Shown here: positions 59,741 to 64,000 of the stretch, in pieces | Numbering within the stretch: position 1 is the stretch's first letter | Layout: every line of letters begins with the position of its first letter | Origin: Candidatus Bathyarchaeota archaeon | GTDB lineage: Archaea > Thermoproteota > Bathyarchaeia > 40CM-2-53-6 | Length of the DNA: 64,000 bases | Direction: 5' to 3' | NCBI GenBank assembly: GCA_963726255.1 | Contig: CAVSBL010000002.1 | Span: 1,280,001 to 1,344,000 of the forward strand | Program-made: the position numbers and the translations under genes | Notes under the pieces: generated by a model | Seen by the model: only the letters and a program-made list of their open reading frames with translations | Told to the model about the DNA's origin: nothing | Database searches by the model: none

Positions 59741-60286
59741 GTGAGTCCGTATCAAAGATTTTGGGTCTGGTTAATTGTCCTAACCACACTTGCACCAGTT
59801 ATACCGTTTGTATTCCCAAACCAATTAGCCCTTACTTCTCGCGCGGATGTCTTCCGGACTCTTGCCGATATAGGTGCGGCTTTGATCGGCTTCGTTGGCG
59901 TAATCGGCGTGTTCGGTCTTGAGGCGCTTCGTTCGAGCTTGCATGAAATCAGTGCTGAGATGAATGATTTGGAAAGATATCTCAATGAGAAAGGGGCGTT
60001 GGAATCAGCTGTACATGAGTTAGACAAATTTCGAGACAAGCTAAAGGGGCTGGAGGCGGAAAAGGCACGCGTTTGCGACAGACAGCAATCGGCGCCTCGC
60101 CTGATACTCGTAACCCTCTATTTCTTCTTGATACAAATCGTCTCCTCTTTGCTAGGACTAGGTGACGTAACGATTGTTGGGGATTGGAGACTTCCTTTGG
60201 CATTCTCCTTCTTCGGTCTTTTCACGGGAGTTTATCTAGTGTACATATTTGTCAGTGCGATTGCTCGGATTACTTCCGTGGTTTGA
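59741..60286 (+). CDS. 4-TM protein with central coiled coil
   Basis: Two TMs, heptad region, two TMs; GGTGA SD-like motif at the start. Confidence 0.7.
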   Translation: MSPYQRFWVWLIVLTTLAPVIPFVFPNQLALTSRADVFRTLADIGAALIGFVGVIGVFGLEALRSSLHEISAEMNDLERYLNEKGALESAVHELDKFRDKLKGLEAEKARVCDRQQSAPRLILVTLYFFLIQIVSSLLGLGDVTIVGDWRLPLAFSFFGLFTGVYLVYIFVSAIARITSVV

Positions 60287-60728
60287 GCAATTCGACGGTT
60301 TTCGACTGCCTTATACCTCGTACTAGTCTGTTTTCGGACTCTTCAAGATTCCGTGGTTGCTTGCTTGAACTTGATTCGCTCGAATACTGCCGGCGTGGCA
60401 GCGTAATGGAAGCTAAAGCAAGTTTCTCCTGCCGATGCTGCCATCAGGTCTGGGTTAAGATCGGCAAGGAACTCGTCCGGGCGATATCTCTCACAGACCT
60501 TGAACCTTGATTAGACCAGAAGACATGCAGTCGGATAGAGATTGCGGGTACTGCCATAATCGCGGCGGCGAATGGGTTCAAGTAACTATCCTACGCATAC
60601 GCACATTCATCTTCAAACCCTGCCCACACTGCCGAAAACCAACGGAACGAAAACCTTAACCTAACTGCCTGCGGAAAGAAATGTGTGTGCGTGATTGATA
60701 CACACATAAGACCGCCGGGAGTCAACTT

Positions 60729-62192
60729 ATGACAGTCAATTACAAGGACTGGGAAACTATTGACAGACATAATCTATCCATTGCGGGGTCCCCCCTTTTC
60801 GATGAAGCAAGTAAAGGTGAGAGGATCAATCCATTAGATCTCTATCCGGAATTCGATATTCAAAAGGAGGAAACGTACACTCAGTGGTTCCCCACTAAAC
60901 TTGCAGAAATATCTCCTGCAAACAATCTTGCCAATCTCGCTCTGCACTATAACAAGGTCATTATTCCGATATTTGGGTACAAGAGTCGAAATGATTTTGA
61001 AGATATTTATGGTATGTCCGTGGAAAATCTTTCGGAGATCTTTGAACGGCGACCGGAGAAATTCTTGCCTGCGGTAACTCAGCATCCATTAGAGTACGAA
61101 GCGTACGGTTATTGTGACAAACTCTTTAATGTAATCCACAAAGTTCGTGGAACTTACCCTCCATTTCTAATTCGAGGTTCGTTCTTTCAAAGAGACTTGA
61201 CTCTCCAGGTCGCGGCCCGTCGTGAAGGGATTATCCAAACTGCTGGTTGGACTGAACTTCTTCTAAGTAAATTTCCTGAGTTAGACGTTGACCAGATACG
61301 AGATATCGAGATTAAACGAATTGCTGACTCCGCACAAATGTACTCAGTAGCAAGAGACCAGAAGTTCGAACTAGCAGATCTAGAGCGAGCCATGGCATCT
61401 ACTGTCTTCGAGTTACGGTCTTTTGGATACGGCACTCTCACGGGGTTCCTGATAGACAAATTTCATAAGGAGTATTCGAACCTTGATCTCCTCTATCACC
61501 TTTTGATCGATTATAGAAAATACCTAATTGACCCGCTTACACAGCAATTGGGTGGCTTTGGCAACTATACTATTGCAGACTTGGAACGCATGGCATTCCT
61601 CAGGGTACTCCCACTTGTCAGTAAGGACTTGAGGAGGTTGGACCAGATCAACTATTCGTTGTTTCTCAACTCCCCTGGCGCTAGAAGCCCTGTTTCTCTC
61701 GGAAGTCACAAAATGGCCGTTTTCCTAAGAGGAGGAGAGGATGTTAACACCTTAAATGACCTTGTAGATTTTGCGGAACGACACAAGAAAGAAACAAGAA
61801 TTATGTCGGAATACCGTCAACTAATCGCTGAAGGAAAGCTTCCTGCTGCTGCTGACGCTTTTAGAAGAGCAGGAGAAGTCTACACACAGATCGGAGAGGA
61901 AGTGAAGCAGCTGGAGAAGGCCCAGAGGAGAGCAAAGTTCGCAACGTATGCCATTAGTGGTGGGGCCACGGTACTCAGCGACGCGGCTCTATACTACAGT
62001 GAAGGGATTCCGCCCGAATGGAAGCTAGTAATAGCCATGTTCAAGGATATTCTGAACTTTCTAGGAATCAAGAACATAGATCCGAAACGAATCGTGGATT
62101 TGATGTATGATGCCAAAGGGTGGCCATGGTACCAGCGTGGTGTACCCTACTTGTTTTGGCGAGGCCCATCTTCGAACCCTGATTATGTTTAG
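60729..62192 (+). CDS. hypothetical protein, 487 aa
   Basis: Long ORF; LALHYNKVIIPI N-terminal motif; no family assigned with confidence. Confidence 0.8.
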   Translation: MTVNYKDWETIDRHNLSIAGSPLFDEASKGERINPLDLYPEFDIQKEETYTQWFPTKLAEISPANNLANLALHYNKVIIPIFGYKSRNDFEDIYGMSVENLSEIFERRPEKFLPAVTQHPLEYEAYGYCDKLFNVIHKVRGTYPPFLIRGSFFQRDLTLQVAARREGIIQTAGWTELLLSKFPELDVDQIRDIEIKRIADSAQMYSVARDQKFELADLERAMASTVFELRSFGYGTLTGFLIDKFHKEYSNLDLLYHLLIDYRKYLIDPLTQQLGGFGNYTIADLERMAFLRVLPLVSKDLRRLDQINYSLFLNSPGARSPVSLGSHKMAVFLRGGEDVNTLNDLVDFAERHKKETRIMSEYRQLIAEGKLPAAADAFRRAGEVYTQIGEEVKQLEKAQRRAKFATYAISGGATVLSDAALYYSEGIPPEWKLVIAMFKDILNFLGIKNIDPKRIVDLMYDAKGWPWYQRGVPYLFWRGPSSNPDYV

Positions 62193-62437
62193 TGTGTGGG
62201 GATGCTGGTGCGCACCACCACCACAAGAAACTGCCGGAACTTACGGTTCAATTTCTGTTGCCCGCACCATTACATCCACCACCACCCACTTTTCAAACGA
62301 CGACCGTTCAACTCTCGATGCGTCAGCTTATCGAAGATTTCAGGAATATGACAAATTGCGCACGCTTGCCTACTAGTTCGTTGGACGTGTTTCTCGAATT
62401 ATTTCGCATTGCCAAATAGTACCATAGCGATAACTAC

Positions 62438-63367
62438 GTGTGTTGTGAGATAAACTTCAGGTCACGAAACATGAACGATAAGCCCCACATCCACTTTGTC
62501 GACACTACAAGACAGATCGAAGAGCTGTGGAATTGGCTCGGCTACCTGACTTCGCCGGAGAATACAAGAAATCTTCTGCGAAAGAAAATCAGACAAAACA
62601 GCTTCGGAATTGATCATTCCATGCTTGCGCAAAAGAAAAGGGAGGCAAACCAGAAGAGTTCAGGATTCTCTATTGTGCAAGAGGATGTTCTTGAAGAGAA
62701 TGCTCGAAACATTGCAAAATACGTAGCTCAGGCGAGGGAGCTTTTTCAAGTAGCCAGAAGTGTCTCGGAACTAGCCTCTCCTATTCTGTACTATTACGGA
62801 ATGCTGTCCTTGGCAGAGGCTTTGATTTTGTCAATGTATCACTTCAATGATTCTGAGAAGAGTGCTAAAGGATTCTATACGCATGGTCTTAGTATCGATC
62901 GAAATACATACAATAATGTGATTGTCAAACCATACGGAACCTTTCCCCGACTTCATGACTGCTATTCAACGGAGCCAGGGCTGTATCTGGACAAAAGTAG
63001 TTTTTCTCTCAAAGAATTACTGTCGGTCAATCCTGATCTGAGATACCAATATACATTGATATATGGTGAAAAATCCAACATCCAACCCGCTGACGGCCAC
63101 ATTGACGTGGATCTTGAGAAATATGGGATACTACCGGTTAGAGGAATCAAATTGTATCCAATAGATTCAATTTTGATGACCATGTTCATTCTAAGTAGTA
63201 AAGCGAGATACAGGCCCTATGACTGGATTGAAGAAATAACAGTCAAAAAGGAGAGCTTCGTACTTCGGAGTTTCTTGACTCACGCTGAGAGGCGCTATCC
63301 AAACTTAGTTCTCAATAAGATATGGAATGAAGTATTTCTTTTCGGTACCGCCGGGAGATGGGCATAG
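62438..63367 (+). CDS. YaaC-like protein (start probably 62471)
   Basis: YVAQARELF...SPILYYYGMLSLAEALI...HGL...FSLKELL...FILSSKARYRPYDW. Confidence 0.75.
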   Translation: MCCEINFRSRNMNDKPHIHFVDTTRQIEELWNWLGYLTSPENTRNLLRKKIRQNSFGIDHSMLAQKKREANQKSSGFSIVQEDVLEENARNIAKYVAQARELFQVARSVSELASPILYYYGMLSLAEALILSMYHFNDSEKSAKGFYTHGLSIDRNTYNNVIVKPYGTFPRLHDCYSTEPGLYLDKSSFSLKELLSVNPDLRYQYTLIYGEKSNIQPADGHIDVDLEKYGILPVRGIKLYPIDSILMTMFILSSKARYRPYDWIEEITVKKESFVLRSFLTHAERRYPNLVLNKIWNEVFLFGTAGRWA

Positions 63368-63477
63368 CGGAGCAACATGCGCAGATTATTTTTTCTCGTA
63401 CGAGCATCGTGATTTTCTCACGCACACACCAATTTTGAGATCACATCACTGAAAATGAAAAGAATGAAACCTCTTGT

Positions 63478-63999
63478 TCATTGGTTGCTTATTACTTTGA
63501 GCTTGATGTCTACTTCTGCTGGTTCTTGGTTCTCGTTCTCGATAATTATGTGCCAGTCGTGCGTCTTGGGAACTGGAAAATCGAATGAAAACCGAGTTAT
63601 TTTCTCGCTGCCTTCTAAATAGTCAAATTCGTGCTCATCTTCGAACAGATTTAGGTTCTGAGTATCAACCAAAAACACGTTGATAGCAGTATCCGAGCTA
63701 ATTCTTCCCCGTAGAATCGACCCTTCGTTCAGCCTGTAAGAAAATGTTTCGTAATCGTCAACAATTTTCCGCACACTCACTAGCTCCTCTTCAGTCAGCG
63801 GTTCTCTTCTCTCCGGCTCTAATTTTTCGGCGATGTAACTAGCAACTTTTTCGCATCCCTGTTTCACATTATTCCTGTCAAACTGCATCCGCTCAATGTC
63901 GCCAAGCATGAATCCGATTCTTGTGTCCTTCTCAACAAAGGGGATAACCGGTATACTTGCTCTTCTTGCATAGCCAACTTCTTGGTTGACTGACGCCGA
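63478..63999 (-). CDS. TIR-domain protein with C-terminal beta-sandwich (GOLD-like) domain; 5' end outside the window
   Basis: The frame is open upstream of the track ORF: SASVNQEVGYARRASIPVIPFVE; C-terminal GRISSDTAINVFLVD...WHIIIEN. Confidence 0.7.
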   Translation of the reverse strand, partial: SASVNQEVGYARRASIPVIPFVEKDTRIGFMLGDIERMQFDRNNVKQGCEKVASYIAEKLEPERREPLTEEELVSVRKIVDDYETFSYRLNEGSILRGRISSDTAINVFLVDTQNLNLFEDEHEFDYLEGSEKITRFSFDFPVPKTHDWHIIIENENQEPAEVDIKLKVISNQ

Positions 64000-64000
64000 A

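Larger units (their letters stand above)
57500..64000. mobile_element. accessory, defence-like island (visibly more AT-rich), extending beyond the window
   Basis: RHH gene, membrane ORFans, YaaC-like and TIR genes; no housekeeping genes. Confidence 0.5.

Noticed and set aside
62192-62419. His/Pro-rich 75-aa ORF with CAC repeats
   Set aside because: Low-complexity sequence with no convincing start signal; probably intergenic.

Overview
Archaeal chromosomal window. The gene content (tgtA, SmAP3-type Lsm, thermosome, uS12, an eL22-like protein, tRNAs with several bulge-helix-bulge (BHB) introns) suggests a TACK lineage, probably Bathyarchaeia; this is an inference. Positions 1-40.7 kb are mostly housekeeping and metabolic genes. 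They include tRNA-Leu(TAG) with three BHB introns, tRNA-Glu(TTC) with two inserts, a NuoBCDI module with no membrane subunits, and sufCBD. A Cys-rich HTH regulator has a 16-bp palindrome at its own promoter that recurs before sufC and sufB. Positions 40.9-46.5 kb are an accessory island: an intact RHH-TerS-TerL terminase operon with no portal, capsid or integrase gene, enclosed by three toxin-antitoxin-like pairs. Positions 46.8-57.4 kb are a peptide ABC uptake and catabolism cluster. Positions 57.5-64 kb are a second accessory, defence-like island (RHH protein, ORFans, YaaC-like protein, TIR-domain protein cut by the window edge). Several single-base frameshifts at short homopolymers look like sequencing errors. 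No CRISPR array or rRNA was seen. All product calls come from motif recognition by eye, not from database searches.
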